Assembly: GCA_040876835.1 (NCBI GenBank)
Contig: JBBDOX010000010.1
Span: 8,230 to 72,229, forward strand
Reading direction: 5' to 3'
DNA from: Candidatus Anderseniibacteriota bacterium
Lineage (GTDB): Bacteria; Patescibacteriota; Andersenbacteria; UBA10190
DNA: 64,000 nucleotides
In this document: in pieces, positions 36,405 to 45,903 of the stretch
How positions within the stretch are numbered: the stretch's first letter is position 1
Layout of the letters: each line of letters opens with the position of its first letter
Translations under genes and position numbers: made by a program
The notes under the pieces: model-generated
What the model was told of the DNA's origin: nothing
Database searches by the model: none
Seen by the model: the letters and a program-made list of their open reading frames with translations, nothing else

Positions 36405-37484
36405 ATGCTCGCTCAGCTGCTTGACCTTGGATATCATCGGCTCATTAAGGAGAAGCTGTTCGAACAGTCAAAGGACGACGCTGAGATCGCTCACCGCAAA
36501 GCGATGAGATCGCTCAAGGATCTGAATCGTCATCCTTGGTTGGCAAAAATCTTGCGCTGGAGAATGTGCGGAGATACCCACTACACCAAGAAGCGCATTT
36601 TTGGCTGTATGTGGGACAACCCAGTTGGTCTCGCCGCTGGCTTCGATAAAAACGCGGAAGCGTTGTGGGGCTTGGCAGCCTTGGGATTCGGCTCGCTTGA
36701 TATCGGAGCTGTGCTTCGATTTAAGCAGCTGGGTAACAAGGGAGTCCGCATGAAGCGGGTTCCAAACAGCGAGGACATCAACAACCGGATGGGGTTTAAC
36801 AGCCACGGGTGTCGAAAGGTCAAGAACCGCTTGGAGCACTACGGCCAACTGCCGTTTCCGGTCGGGATCAACATCGGCAAGAACAAGTGGACCCCACTCT
36901 TGTCAGCAGTTGATGACTACTGCCACGTATTGGAGGAACTCTACGAGCTCGTCGACTGGTTCACGATCAATGTGAGTTCTCCAAACACGGAAGGTCTGCG
37001 GGTACTGCAAGAAGCTGGCCGGTTACGACAGCTGCTCGTCGCAGTCATCCAGCTGCGGAACACCCTGTGGCTTCAAACCGGTCTTTACCGAGGCATTGTT
37101 GCCAAGCCGGCAAATGACTTGCCTCGGGAGCAGTTCGAAGCGTTTGTCTGCGTGTGCAAAGAGGTGGGTGTGGACGGGCTGATTATCGGCAACACCTGTA
37201 TGGTCCAGGATGACCAAGGTGTAAGCTGGGGGCGTAGCGGACCGAGCCTGTTTCCTCTGGTGATGGAGAAGGTTTCTCTGGCACGCACGGTTGTCGGTTC
37301 TTCCATGAGCGTTGTGGCTTGCGGCGGGATTAACTCCTCTGACCGTGCACTTGCCGCAATGGAGGTGGCAGGAGCCGATGGAGTACAATTGTTGTCCGCA
37401 CTGCCTCACAAGGGTCCTGGGTTGCCTGCCAGGATTGTTGACAGCTTGCGCATGCGCGCCACGCTTTCGAGAATCGGATCGTAG
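36405..37484 (+). CDS. pyrD: dihydroorotate dehydrogenase (quinone), class 2
   Basis: Start at ATG 36405 with a GGGAGA SD (the track start is a GTG abutting the tRNA). Motifs GFDKN, NIGKNK, NVSSPNT, IIGNT, ACGGI. GC of about 55%, above the native 45%. Confidence 0.8.
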   Translation: MLAQLLDLGYHRLIKEKLFEQSKDDAEIAHRKAMRSLKDLNRHPWLAKILRWRMCGDTHYTKKRIFGCMWDNPVGLAAGFDKNAEALWGLAALGFGSLDIGAVLRFKQLGNKGVRMKRVPNSEDINNRMGFNSHGCRKVKNRLEHYGQLPFPVGINIGKNKWTPLLSAVDDYCHVLEELYELVDWFTINVSSPNTEGLRVLQEAGRLRQLLVAVIQLRNTLWLQTGLYRGIVAKPANDLPREQFEAFVCVCKEVGVDGLIIGNTCMVQDDQGVSWGRSGPSLFPLVMEKVSLARTVVGSSMSVVACGGINSSDRALAAMEVAGADGVQLLSALPHKGPGLPARIVDSLRMRATLSRIGS

Positions 37485-37517
37485 CCTTCCTGTAGGCTAC
37501 GAGAGGAGGATAATCGA

Positions 37518-37555
37518 GACGTTGCAAAGAGTTTGCGACGTCTTTTCTTTTTTTG
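37518..37555 (+). terminator. rho-independent terminator after pyrD
   Basis: 11-bp stem GACGTTGCAAA/TTTGCGACGTC (one G-U pair), loop GAG, then TTTTCTTTTTTTG. Confidence 0.7.
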
Positions 37556-37577
37556 CTGTAGTATCCATACTTTCATT

Positions 37578-38771
37578 ATGTCGCATCCAATTATCACACA
37601 ACTTAAGAAAGTCTGGCGGGGACCAACTATTGCGATTGAAATAAACAACAAAGAGGAGCGGATAGGCAAAGGGACAGTTTCTACAAGTATTGCAGTCCTT
37701 AAGCCAAATATTCTATGGCGTATTGCTAAATCACTATCGCTTGGGTTTGGGGAAGCGTATATGAAGGGAGATATTAAAATCCGAGGTGACCTTATGAAGG
37801 TGCTAGAGGGGTTTTACAAAACAAGCTTGGCTATACAGGGAAACCCCCTTGCCCGCATGAGAACTTTAACAAAACTGATTCCTACGCGTATCTCTATGGA
37901 TGCTGCCAAGCAAAATGCCCAGCATCATTACGACGTTGGGAATGATTTTTATGCCTCATGGCTTGACCCCCAAATGGTGTACTCCTGCGCTTACTTTGTT
38001 CATGAAAATGATTCACTAGAACAAGCTCAGCGACAAAAGCTTGAATTGCTGTGTCGAAAAGCAAGACTTCAAAAAGAACAGAGCCTGCTTGATATCGGAT
38101 GTGGGTGGGGAGGCCTGTTATTTCACGCCGTTGAACGATATGGGGTAACAGCAACAGGGATTACTCCAGCAAAAAATCAGGCTGCGTATATTCGCGAAGA
38201 AGCCAAAAAACGTGGGCTGGAGAGTCGGATACAAGTTATTGAAGGGGACTGGCGAGAGTTATCTGGAACATATGATCGCATTATTAGCGTCGGAATGTTC
38301 GAGCACGTAGGGAAAAAGCAGTATCAGACGTTCTTTGATACATGGAATAGATTGCTTGCCGATGATGGGGTGTCAGTGCTTCACACTATTGGCAGGATGA
38401 AGGCATCCACTGTTACGGATCCCTGGATTCGTAAATACATCTTTCCAGGCGGTTTTCTGCCTGCTTTAGAAGAAATGACTATTCCAGCAGCGTCTTCCGG
38501 ACTAGTAGTGACAGATGTCGAAAACTTGTGGCGCCATTACGCCAAAACATTGCAGCATTGGTCAAAGAATTTTCGGGCAGTTCAGGATCAGGTTATATCC
38601 CAATATGATGAAAAATTTGCCCGAATGTGGTGGCTATACCTTCAGGGATCCGAGGCAGGTTTCAGGTGGGGGGATCTGCAACTCTGGCAACTGGTACTGA
38701 CAAAGGACAAGGTCGCCTCGTGGCCGCTGAACCGTGAAGTAGGGACAGAAAGGCTTGACAAGGCGATTTGA
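37578..38771 (+). CDS. cfa: cyclopropane-fatty-acyl-phospholipid synthase family methyltransferase
   Basis: Start at ATG 37578 (MSHPIITQL). SAM motif LLDIGCGWGGL and the characteristic ..ISVGMFEHVG.. block. Confidence 0.85.
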   Translation: MSHPIITQLKKVWRGPTIAIEINNKEERIGKGTVSTSIAVLKPNILWRIAKSLSLGFGEAYMKGDIKIRGDLMKVLEGFYKTSLAIQGNPLARMRTLTKLIPTRISMDAAKQNAQHHYDVGNDFYASWLDPQMVYSCAYFVHENDSLEQAQRQKLELLCRKARLQKEQSLLDIGCGWGGLLFHAVERYGVTATGITPAKNQAAYIREEAKKRGLESRIQVIEGDWRELSGTYDRIISVGMFEHVGKKQYQTFFDTWNRLLADDGVSVLHTIGRMKASTVTDPWIRKYIFPGGFLPALEEMTIPAASSGLVVTDVENLWRHYAKTLQHWSKNFRAVQDQVISQYDEKFARMWWLYLQGSEAGFRWGDLQLWQLVLTKDKVASWPLNREVGTERLDKAI

Positions 38772-38820
38772 AGGGGAATAATGCGAATATTGGGTTCAAG
38801 AAGGGTTGAATTCATAGGGA

Positions 38821-38940
38821 CCCGGGCCGTGACGGTGCGGTAGTAAAGTGAGTGCTTTGGACGCGACTCTTCCAAGCATGATGACCTTTACGGACCCCGT
38901 CACGGTCCGGGCATAACAGCTCTTTACTACGAGAATGCTA
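38821..38940. repeat. long imperfect inverted repeat with alternative pairing partners (structured element between cfa and recG)
   Basis: CCCGGGCCGTGACGGTGCGGTAGTAAAG (38821-38848) is mirrored by CTTTACGGACCCCGTCACGGTCCGGG (38886-38911). The tail GGTAGTAAAG also has a second complement, CTTTACTACG, at 38931-38940. Confidence 0.4.
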
Positions 38941-39054
38941 ACAATTTCGCTTCGGAGCGAGAAAGTTGGTTGAGATTTCGACTTCTGACATAAGACTTTC
39001 TACGCAGTAAGCGAGAAAGAATCCATGTAGCCAGAAAGATCACAAGGTTCCCCC

Positions 39055-41187
39055 ATGGAGCCTTTTCGATTTTTAGAGGGCATTCTGGCTCGAAACCTTC
39101 GCGTCCGGTACGCTCATATTGATATGCTACGACTTTCATCCCCTATTACTGAAGCTCCTCGTATTGGCCCCGCTAAGGCAAAGTTATTTGAAAAACTGCG
39201 AATTACCCATATTCGCGACCTTTTATATACTTTCCCCCGTCGCTACGACGATTTTTCACAGGTAACAGCTATTAAAGATCTTGAGATAGGTCGACAGATG
39301 ACGGTAAAAGCCAGAGTTGTGTCCGCAAAAAGTCTGTGGGGGTTTCAGGGGCGTCGTCGGGTACTGCGGATTTTTGTTGAATTGGAGGATGATACTGCCA
39401 CCTTGCAGGTGACTTGGTATAACCTGCGGTTTTTAGAAAAACAGCTCATCGTTGGAAGAGAAATATACGTAGCCGGAACGGTGGAGCCATATAAAGGACG
39501 AAATAAAGACGTCGAGTTTGCAATGCGCTCCCCGGCACTCGAATTTGCTGACAGCGACAGTGAACGTTTGCACACAGCGGCTATTACGCCTATTTACCCC
39601 GAAACCCATGGAATAACCTCCCGCTTTATCCGGTATCAGGTTAAAAAGCTTTTACCGCTTATTGAGACTATCCCGGAGTATTTACCAAAGGATATCATTG
39701 CCCGAAATAATCTGATGGGAATTCACGAGGCAATTCGCATTGTTCACTTTCCAGAAGATCAGGATCATTTGGCTGATGCCCAGCGGCGCTTGCGGTTCGA
39801 CGAGCTGTTCTTTTTACAACTGGCTGCCCTGGTCCGACGCCAGCATCTGCAACGAGCCGATACGTTCCCACTTCATATCTCCGATAAGAAGCTTGGGCAG
39901 TTTATTAAAACACTGCCTTTTGTCCTAACCGGGGCGCAGCAGGAATCATTGCAGGAAATCCGCCAGGACTTAGAACAACCTCATCCAATGAATCGACTGC
40001 TTCAAGGGGATGTGGGTGCTGGAAAAAGCGCTGTGGCGCTAATCACAGCTCATATTGCTTTAGAGGCGGGGTATAAGGTGATATATCTAGCACCGACCGA
40101 GATTCTGGCTCGTCAGCAAGCATTATCCTTCGCAGAAGGATTATCGCCTTTTGCAGTTCATTTGTTAATTGGAGCGATGAAGACTCGTGAAAAGCAAACG
40201 GTCAAAGCGTTACTGGTGAGCTCAGATCCCGTGTGTGTGGTGGGAACCCACGCCTTGCTTCAAGAAGATGTCATAGGTGAAAACATTGGCCTCGTGATCG
40301 TAGACGAACAGCATCGGTTTGGAGTTGATCAACGTCGCGCTCTCACTCAAGTGCAACCGGAGGCAGAACCTCACCTGTTATCTATGACCGCCACCCCCAT
40401 TCCTCGTACCTTAAGTCTTACGGTATACGGAGATCTAGATGTATCAGTACTGGATGAACTCCCTCCGGGCCGCAAACCGGTTGAGACAAGCATTGTTCCT
40501 ACGCGTAATCGTGATCGGGCGATTGTGCACGTGTTAAGGGAATTACACGCTGGTCACCAGGCGTATGTTATTGCCCCCCTCGTCGAAGAGTCAGATAAGT
40601 TGGAACTTAAATCTGCAAAACAGGCGTATGAAGAAATGCAGCAGCTTTTTCCAGGTATTGCCATTGGGCTTATGCATGGGCAGTTGAGTTCGGAAGAAAA
40701 AGAGGGAGTAATGAAGAATTTTGCTGCTGGAGCAATACAGCTCCTCGTATCAACTGCTGTAGTTGAGGTGGGGGTAAACGTTCCCAACGCCACGATGATG
40801 ATTATTGAAGGCGCTGAGCGCTTTGGTTTAGCGCAGCTGCATCAATTTCGGGGGCGTATTGGTCGCGGACAGCAGCAGTCATATTGTTATCTTTTTCCAA
40901 CTACTGACGAGGCAGCGACAAGTAGGCGACTGCAAGTGCTGGAGCAAACAACAGATGGATTTAAAATTGCTGAAGAAGATCTTAAACTACGCGGGCCGGG
41001 AGAAGTATATGGAGTGTCGCAATCAGGGTTTGGTGACTTAAAAGTAGCATCTTTACTTGATTACGAAACAATTAAACTAGCACGCACAGAAGCGGAAAAC
41101 ATTCTTGCAGGAGATCCGCAACTGCAAAACTATCCTATTTTACAAAAAAAGGTGGAGCAGAAAAATCTGCAGACACATTTTGAATAG
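39055..41187 (+). CDS. recG: ATP-dependent DNA helicase RecG
   Basis: 710 aa. Wedge domain, helicase motifs GDVGAGKS, DEQHRFG, SMTATPIPRT, QLHQFRGRIGRG. An alternative start at ATG 39124 is possible. Confidence 0.88.
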   Translation: MEPFRFLEGILARNLRVRYAHIDMLRLSSPITEAPRIGPAKAKLFEKLRITHIRDLLYTFPRRYDDFSQVTAIKDLEIGRQMTVKARVVSAKSLWGFQGRRRVLRIFVELEDDTATLQVTWYNLRFLEKQLIVGREIYVAGTVEPYKGRNKDVEFAMRSPALEFADSDSERLHTAAITPIYPETHGITSRFIRYQVKKLLPLIETIPEYLPKDIIARNNLMGIHEAIRIVHFPEDQDHLADAQRRLRFDELFFLQLAALVRRQHLQRADTFPLHISDKKLGQFIKTLPFVLTGAQQESLQEIRQDLEQPHPMNRLLQGDVGAGKSAVALITAHIALEAGYKVIYLAPTEILARQQALSFAEGLSPFAVHLLIGAMKTREKQTVKALLVSSDPVCVVGTHALLQEDVIGENIGLVIVDEQHRFGVDQRRALTQVQPEAEPHLLSMTATPIPRTLSLTVYGDLDVSVLDELPPGRKPVETSIVPTRNRDRAIVHVLRELHAGHQAYVIAPLVEESDKLELKSAKQAYEEMQQLFPGIAIGLMHGQLSSEEKEGVMKNFAAGAIQLLVSTAVVEVGVNVPNATMMIIEGAERFGLAQLHQFRGRIGRGQQQSYCYLFPTTDEAATSRRLQVLEQTTDGFKIAEEDLKLRGPGEVYGVSQSGFGDLKVASLLDYETIKLARTEAENILAGDPQLQNYPILQKKVEQKNLQTHFE

Positions 41188-41784
41188 TTAGGTGCGCGAT
41201 AAATAGTTTGAGTTTTTTAGATAATATCTCCACGGATATTCTGTGCAGTGTCTGGCATACTCAACACCAATGCGTTTGGAAGTAGCGATGTGATTAGGGT
41301 GGACGACAAAGCCATCATCGACGATGTATATCTCATTGCTTTCTGTTACATCAACACCGTTTAGTTTCTTCGTAATACTGAGAGCACGACACAGTTTACC
41401 TGGACCGGTCGTGAGGTTATTCAGTTGATGTGTGCCTCGGCGCTGCTGCATAACGGAAACGCCATCAAGAGGCTCAACAGAGCGGATTAATACCGCAGCT
41501 GGAAAGTGCTCTTGTTCAGTTACTACATTGAAGCAGTGATACATCCCATAGATAAGGTAGATGTAAGCGTGCCCAGCTTTGCCAAACATAATATCGGTAC
41601 GTGCTGTCCTGCCTTTGCTCGCATGGCAAGCTAAATCATCTTCACCCACGTATGCTTCGACTTCACTAATTCGTCCACTCACTAATTGTTTTCCGTAACG
41701 TCGAACTAAAACTTTTCCTAACAAATTTTTGGCAGCATCATGTGTGTCACGGTCATAAAAACTTCGTTGCAAAACATTTTTCAT
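41188..41784 (-). CDS. mpg: DNA-3-methyladenine glycosylase (Mpg/AAG family)
   Basis: 198 aa. ..GRISEVEAYVGEDDLACHASKGRTARTDIMFGKAGHAYIYLIYGMYHCFNVV.. is the family signature block. Confidence 0.8.
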   Translation of the reverse strand: MKNVLQRSFYDRDTHDAAKNLLGKVLVRRYGKQLVSGRISEVEAYVGEDDLACHASKGRTARTDIMFGKAGHAYIYLIYGMYHCFNVVTEQEHFPAAVLIRSVEPLDGVSVMQQRRGTHQLNNLTTGPGKLCRALSITKKLNGVDVTESNEIYIVDDGFVVHPNHIATSKRIGVEYARHCTEYPWRYYLKNSNYLSRT

Positions 41785-42022
41785 AACATCAAAGTGTAAC
41801 GTACTTTGTTAACTGTGCAAAAATGTATTGCATAAGCAACGCTTTTTTGTTTCAATTGATGTAGTTATGCAATAAAACGTTTTGTTGCATGAACTGCACG
41901 TTAGCTATTAACAATCAAAACAATGTTCACAGGAGGGGAAACATTTCAGCGCCGTTGCGCATCGAAGTGTTGGAGCAATTCCTGTTGGCATGTCACCACG
42001 ACAAGGAGAGGAGGTGGTATCC

Positions 42023-42181
42023 ATGCCAGCTAAGAAAAAGCGCAAAGCTAAGAAGGCTACTCGCAAAACAGCAAAGCGAAAGCCAGCTCGAAAGACAGCT
42101 AAGAAGCGAAGCACTAGCCGCCGAAAGCCAAAGAAGGCGACTCGTCGCAAGACCACCTCTAGCCGTCGAAAGAAGAAATAA
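42023..42181 (+). CDS. lysine/arginine-rich small basic protein (histone H1-like repeats)
   Basis: ATG 42023 with a GGAGGTGG SD. 52 aa: MPAKKKRKAKKATRKTAKRKPARKTAKKRSTSRRKPKKATRRKTTSSRRKKK. The overlapping frames were rejected. Confidence 0.5.
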   Translation: MPAKKKRKAKKATRKTAKRKPARKTAKKRSTSRRKPKKATRRKTTSSRRKKK

Positions 42182-42233
42182 CCACGCTTAGTGGTTATCA
42201 CGCAAAATATCTGCCATGGGGCAGGTATTTTGT

Positions 42234-42851
42234 TTATTGCAGCGTCTGTTCTAGATACTTCAGAAAACTGTGAACGAGTTTGAGCGTGCGCTTATCTTCC
42301 TGTAAAGATTTGACAACACTATTCACTTCATCGGCGCTGCTTTCTGACAGTCCAATATCCATATCGAGTTGCTTGCGGGACTGATCAGTAGGCTTTTCTT
42401 TAAAGTAGCGCTGCAATATTGAATGCCAGGTAGTAATCTTTTCCCTATCGTGTACGTAGTGCAGCTCCTCATCAAACACATTACTGAGTGTACGATGGAT
42501 GAGATTCCAGTCGTCGAAATGTTCATACAACAATTCATCTTCTACAAGTTTGAGCGCATGAGGAACAAACGGATGCCACGGAAGGTTCTCTTTTATATTC
42601 TGATCACGTAAGAACTTTTCCCGGGTACTGTCTATCCATGCATGGACGCGCATGCCTGTTAAGAAGTCATTGTTTCCTGCTAAGGAAGATAAAGTGACAT
42701 CAGCAATATGAGTATGTCGGCGCGTAATAATGCCTAAGTGCCGAATATCAGGAAAAAGCGTTCCTGCCCAATATGAGGGACCTTGGACTTTGCCTTGAAG
42801 GTGGGTGAGCATGCGAGCTGCATACACCACGTGACTTACTTCGCCTGCCAT
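42234..42851 (-). CDS. hypothetical protein
   Basis: 205-aa ORF with no recognisable motif. The His/Asp pattern is faintly HD-like only. Confidence 0.35.
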   Translation of the reverse strand: MAGEVSHVVYAARMLTHLQGKVQGPSYWAGTLFPDIRHLGIITRRHTHIADVTLSSLAGNNDFLTGMRVHAWIDSTREKFLRDQNIKENLPWHPFVPHALKLVEDELLYEHFDDWNLIHRTLSNVFDEELHYVHDREKITTWHSILQRYFKEKPTDQSRKQLDMDIGLSESSADEVNSVVKSLQEDKRTLKLVHSFLKYLEQTLQ

Positions 42852-42904
42852 ATCATTCAGTGTAAGGTTAAAGGTGAAAAGTAGGAAATGAACTAGTACA
42901 ATAG

Positions 42905-43606
42905 ATGTATATGAATAACTTTCAAGTCAGTGCAGTACTAATATCTTTTGGAGCCCTTATGTTTCCAGTGCTCGTTACAGCTCAAGACGTGACCGGCTAT
43001 CTCGATGACACAGCAGACTCTGCTGTGCGAGTTGAAATAGAATTACCAGAGGAATTGGCGCCGCCGACTGATTCTTCAGTATGGAAGAAAATTCGCTCTT
43101 TCTTAGGTATTCGTAAGCAAGCGAGAGTAAAGCCGCCAATCGGTACGAAGTTTACAGTCAACTCGAGCGCGTATGCTTCCTCTCCATATCAGACAGATAG
43201 CACCCCCTGCATCACTGCAGCAGGCACCCGTGTACGGCCGGGCGTGGTTGCCTCAAATTTTTTGCCTATTGGAACAATTCTTGAAATTAACAATGAGAAG
43301 TTCATTGTTGAGGATCGCATGAATGCCCGCTACGATGGCTACTTTATTGATCTGTGGTTTCCATCAACGAGCAGTGCGCTGGAATTTGGCCGGAAAAAGC
43401 TTACCGTGACAGTTGTAGGTTATGGTAGTGCAGGGGACAGTATTCGTCCGGATAAGGTAGCAAAATCGAAGGAAGAAGAGCCGGAATTCGAAGACCCAAC
43501 CATATGGGGCACAATCAAAAGCAGTGTCTCGTTTCTCACAGCGGTCATGACAGCTCGTAGTCCAGCGGAATTAAATAAGTATGATGTTAATTGTTTAGCT
43601 GAATAG
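42905..43606 (+). CDS. secreted 3D-domain protein (MltA/YocH-like cell-wall-binding or lytic module)
   Basis: Signal peptide. C-terminal ..TVNSSAYASSPYQTDSTPCITAAGTRVRPGVVASN.LPIGTILEI..FIVEDRMNARYDG.FIDLWFP.. matches the three-Asp 3D-domain pattern. Confidence 0.55.
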   Translation: MYMNNFQVSAVLISFGALMFPVLVTAQDVTGYLDDTADSAVRVEIELPEELAPPTDSSVWKKIRSFLGIRKQARVKPPIGTKFTVNSSAYASSPYQTDSTPCITAAGTRVRPGVVASNFLPIGTILEINNEKFIVEDRMNARYDGYFIDLWFPSTSSALEFGRKKLTVTVVGYGSAGDSIRPDKVAKSKEEEPEFEDPTIWGTIKSSVSFLTAVMTARSPAELNKYDVNCLAE

Positions 43607-44740
43607 ATGAAAAAGCTGATATTACTAGGAGTTGGAATAGTAGTTGCCGTACTGCTGCCCGTGATGACGCACGCGAGTAACGTACTACTTAATGAGGTGA
43701 CAGTAACTCCTGAGCGTGCCCAACAGATAAAAAGCCAGTCATTTACCCTCACTCACAAAGGACAAAGGTGGACCGCTTCACCTGCTGAGGTGCGTAAGTG
43801 GTTCAAGACGAGGGTAGGATTAGACGGCCAGGTTCTGCTGCAGCTGCGCCCTGGCGCCATTTATGACTATTTAAACGTTCACATTTCTCCAAAAGTTAAT
43901 AATATAGGCGAGAACAGCCGCTTTGCGTATGTCGGAGGCAACCTTCACTTGCTTCATGGGGGACGAAAGGGGCAGATCGTTGACGGCATTAAAACCTCTC
44001 TGGCAATTCGCAGTGCATTAGCTAAAGGGATAGCTACCGCTCCGGTGTCTATGAAGGAGTATCGTCCGTCGGTGTTTTCTGCGGAGGATTTTCGTAAACT
44101 AAAGTTTCCCGATCTCTTATCGCGAGGAGAGACAAACTTTGCCGGCAGTCCAGCCAATCGCCGACACAACATCGCCGTTGCCACGGCGCGATATAACGGG
44201 CTAGTGATCATGCCAGGGGAGGAATTCTCCTTTAACGGCTATCTAGGTAGCGTTGATGCAGCCAATGGTTATTTGCCTGAGTTAGTCATTAAAGAAAATG
44301 TTACAACTCCCGAATATGGCGGAGGAATCTGCCAAGTATCGACAACGGTATTTCGTGCAGCGATGCAGGCCGGACTCGAGATCACTGCTCGCAAAAATCA
44401 TTCTTATCCTGTCGCGTATTATGGTACTCCCGGTTACGACGCAACGATATATTCTCCAGCTCCTGATTTTAAGTTTAAGAATGATACCGCGAATCCTGTT
44501 TATCTCACCACGCAAGTTAGCGGCACCCGCGTCATTTTCGAAGTTTGGGGCACGAGTGACGGTCGGCAAGTAACGGTGAATGGCCCGTTCGTAACGGAGC
44601 GCCGACCGGACGGATCCTTAACAGCGGCTGTCGCTCAGATCGTCAAGAAAAATGGCAAATCAATCCGGGAAAAGAATTTCGTTTCTCACTATCAATCACC
44701 TGATAAATTCCCTACTGTTCGAGCTGCGAATGGGGAATAG
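43607..44740 (+). CDS. VanW-family protein
   Basis: 377 aa. Signal peptide/TM, then the VanW core ..FSFNGYLG..PEYGGGICQVSTTVFRAAMQAGLEITARKNHSYP.. Confidence 0.6.
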   Translation: MKKLILLGVGIVVAVLLPVMTHASNVLLNEVTVTPERAQQIKSQSFTLTHKGQRWTASPAEVRKWFKTRVGLDGQVLLQLRPGAIYDYLNVHISPKVNNIGENSRFAYVGGNLHLLHGGRKGQIVDGIKTSLAIRSALAKGIATAPVSMKEYRPSVFSAEDFRKLKFPDLLSRGETNFAGSPANRRHNIAVATARYNGLVIMPGEEFSFNGYLGSVDAANGYLPELVIKENVTTPEYGGGICQVSTTVFRAAMQAGLEITARKNHSYPVAYYGTPGYDATIYSPAPDFKFKNDTANPVYLTTQVSGTRVIFEVWGTSDGRQVTVNGPFVTERRPDGSLTAAVAQIVKKNGKSIREKNFVSHYQSPDKFPTVRAANGE

Positions 44741-44815
44741 ATAAGGTTCGTCAGCGCCCACTTACAAAATATCCTGGCCAACGTAGCCACATCCAGGAAT
44801 ATTAGAGAAGCCACT

Positions 44816-45205
44816 GTGGCTTGTTCGTTCTGCTCCTTTGAGGGAGGGCTCACCATGATTATGAGACACAATATTAGTGGGGCAGGAGGCCTCCCAGACA
44901 CCTCGCCACTCAAGGAGTGGGAGAGGAAGGTAAGTCTGGAGCGAGTAAATATGGAAGACGAAGAGGAGCGCAGCCAGTTGGGGCATATGAAATCAGCTCT
45001 TCTTAGTCGACAGGCAGTGCTCCAGCACGCCATTGAGGGCGGAGAGTGCATCCGTAATCAGATGAAGCGCGAAAACTGTTCTGACTGCACAGCCTACAAA
45101 GTAGGGCATCGTCCGGAAGAGTTGGTCGCCGAGAAGCGATGGATTGATAAGAGTTTGAAAATTGTGCAGAAGCACATCGACTCCTATCACCATCATCGGG
45201 AGTAG
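44816..45205 (+). CDS. hypothetical small protein (weak)
   Basis: 129-aa ORF ending in HHHRE. No SD and no motifs. Could be non-coding. Confidence 0.2.
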   Translation: MACSFCSFEGGLTMIMRHNISGAGGLPDTSPLKEWERKVSLERVNMEDEEERSQLGHMKSALLSRQAVLQHAIEGGECIRNQMKRENCSDCTAYKVGHRPEELVAEKRWIDKSLKIVQKHIDSYHHHRE

Positions 45206-45281
45206 TCGTTGGCACGGTAAGGAAATCGTGCTCTTTTTTGTGGTTGTAATTTTTACTATTTTGACTATACTCTCTACTCAT

Positions 45282-45353
45282 GGCCCCATCGTCTAACGGC
45301 TAGGACAGTAGATTTTCACTCTGCAAATCGGGGTTCGATTCCCCGTGGGGCTA
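45282..45353 (+). tRNA. tRNA-Glu (anticodon TTC)
   Basis: Hand-folded. Acceptor GGCCCCA/TGGGGCT (G1-U72 wobble), anticodon stem GTAGA/TCTGC with loop TT-TTC-AC, T-arm CGGGG-TTCGATT-CCCCG. Confidence 0.75.
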
Positions 45354-45392
45354 CATAACCGAAACTATTAAACACTCTGGTAAAATTAGTTT

Positions 45393-45764
45393 ATGAAAAA
45401 ATACATACTAGTCGGTTTAGTAATAGCAGCTGGAGTAGCGTTGCTTATATTCGAAATTTCGAATAGAGATACTACGTCTCCTACAGCGGGATCCCAACTG
45501 GAAAGTGAAATTTTGGTTGCTCTAGAGGAGTATAACCCTCGTAATAAGAAATGCCCTCCAATAGTGATCATTGTTGGAGCTAGCGGTAATTTCGTGAGAT
45601 TCAATACCACTCCCCGCCCCTGTGTCGAGCTCGATCCTGCGTTTGGATTTGCGGAAAAAAGAAATGATAAGTGGGTCATTCTCACTCATGGTACAGGTGG
45701 AGACCCAACGGAGTTTTACAAGAAATATAGCATTCCCGAAGAACTAAGGGACAAGGGATTTTAA
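45393..45764 (+). CDS. hypothetical secreted or N-anchored small protein
   Basis: 123 aa. N-terminal hydrophobic helix (YILVGLVIAAGVALLIF), then a soluble domain. No motif. Confidence 0.4.
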   Translation: MKKYILVGLVIAAGVALLIFEISNRDTTSPTAGSQLESEILVALEEYNPRNKKCPPIVIIVGASGNFVRFNTTPRPCVELDPAFGFAEKRNDKWVILTHGTGGDPTEFYKKYSIPEELRDKGF

Positions 45765-45903
45765 AAACGGTTTTTATACTATCTGGAAACTCCGGATGTT
45801 TTGAAATATAAGTGACTAAATCTCTTAGCTGTTCAAAAAAGTTCAGATGTCTTACGTGTAGCGGCTTCTAAAAATATCCTAGATCTGCTGTATACTCATA
45901 ACC

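Noticed and set aside
41889-42201. 100-aa plus-strand and 97-aa minus-strand ORFs overlapping the lysine-rich mini-gene
   Set aside because: The alternative frames are of the same A/G-rich repeat. Only the 42023 frame has an SD and a coherent K/R-rich product.
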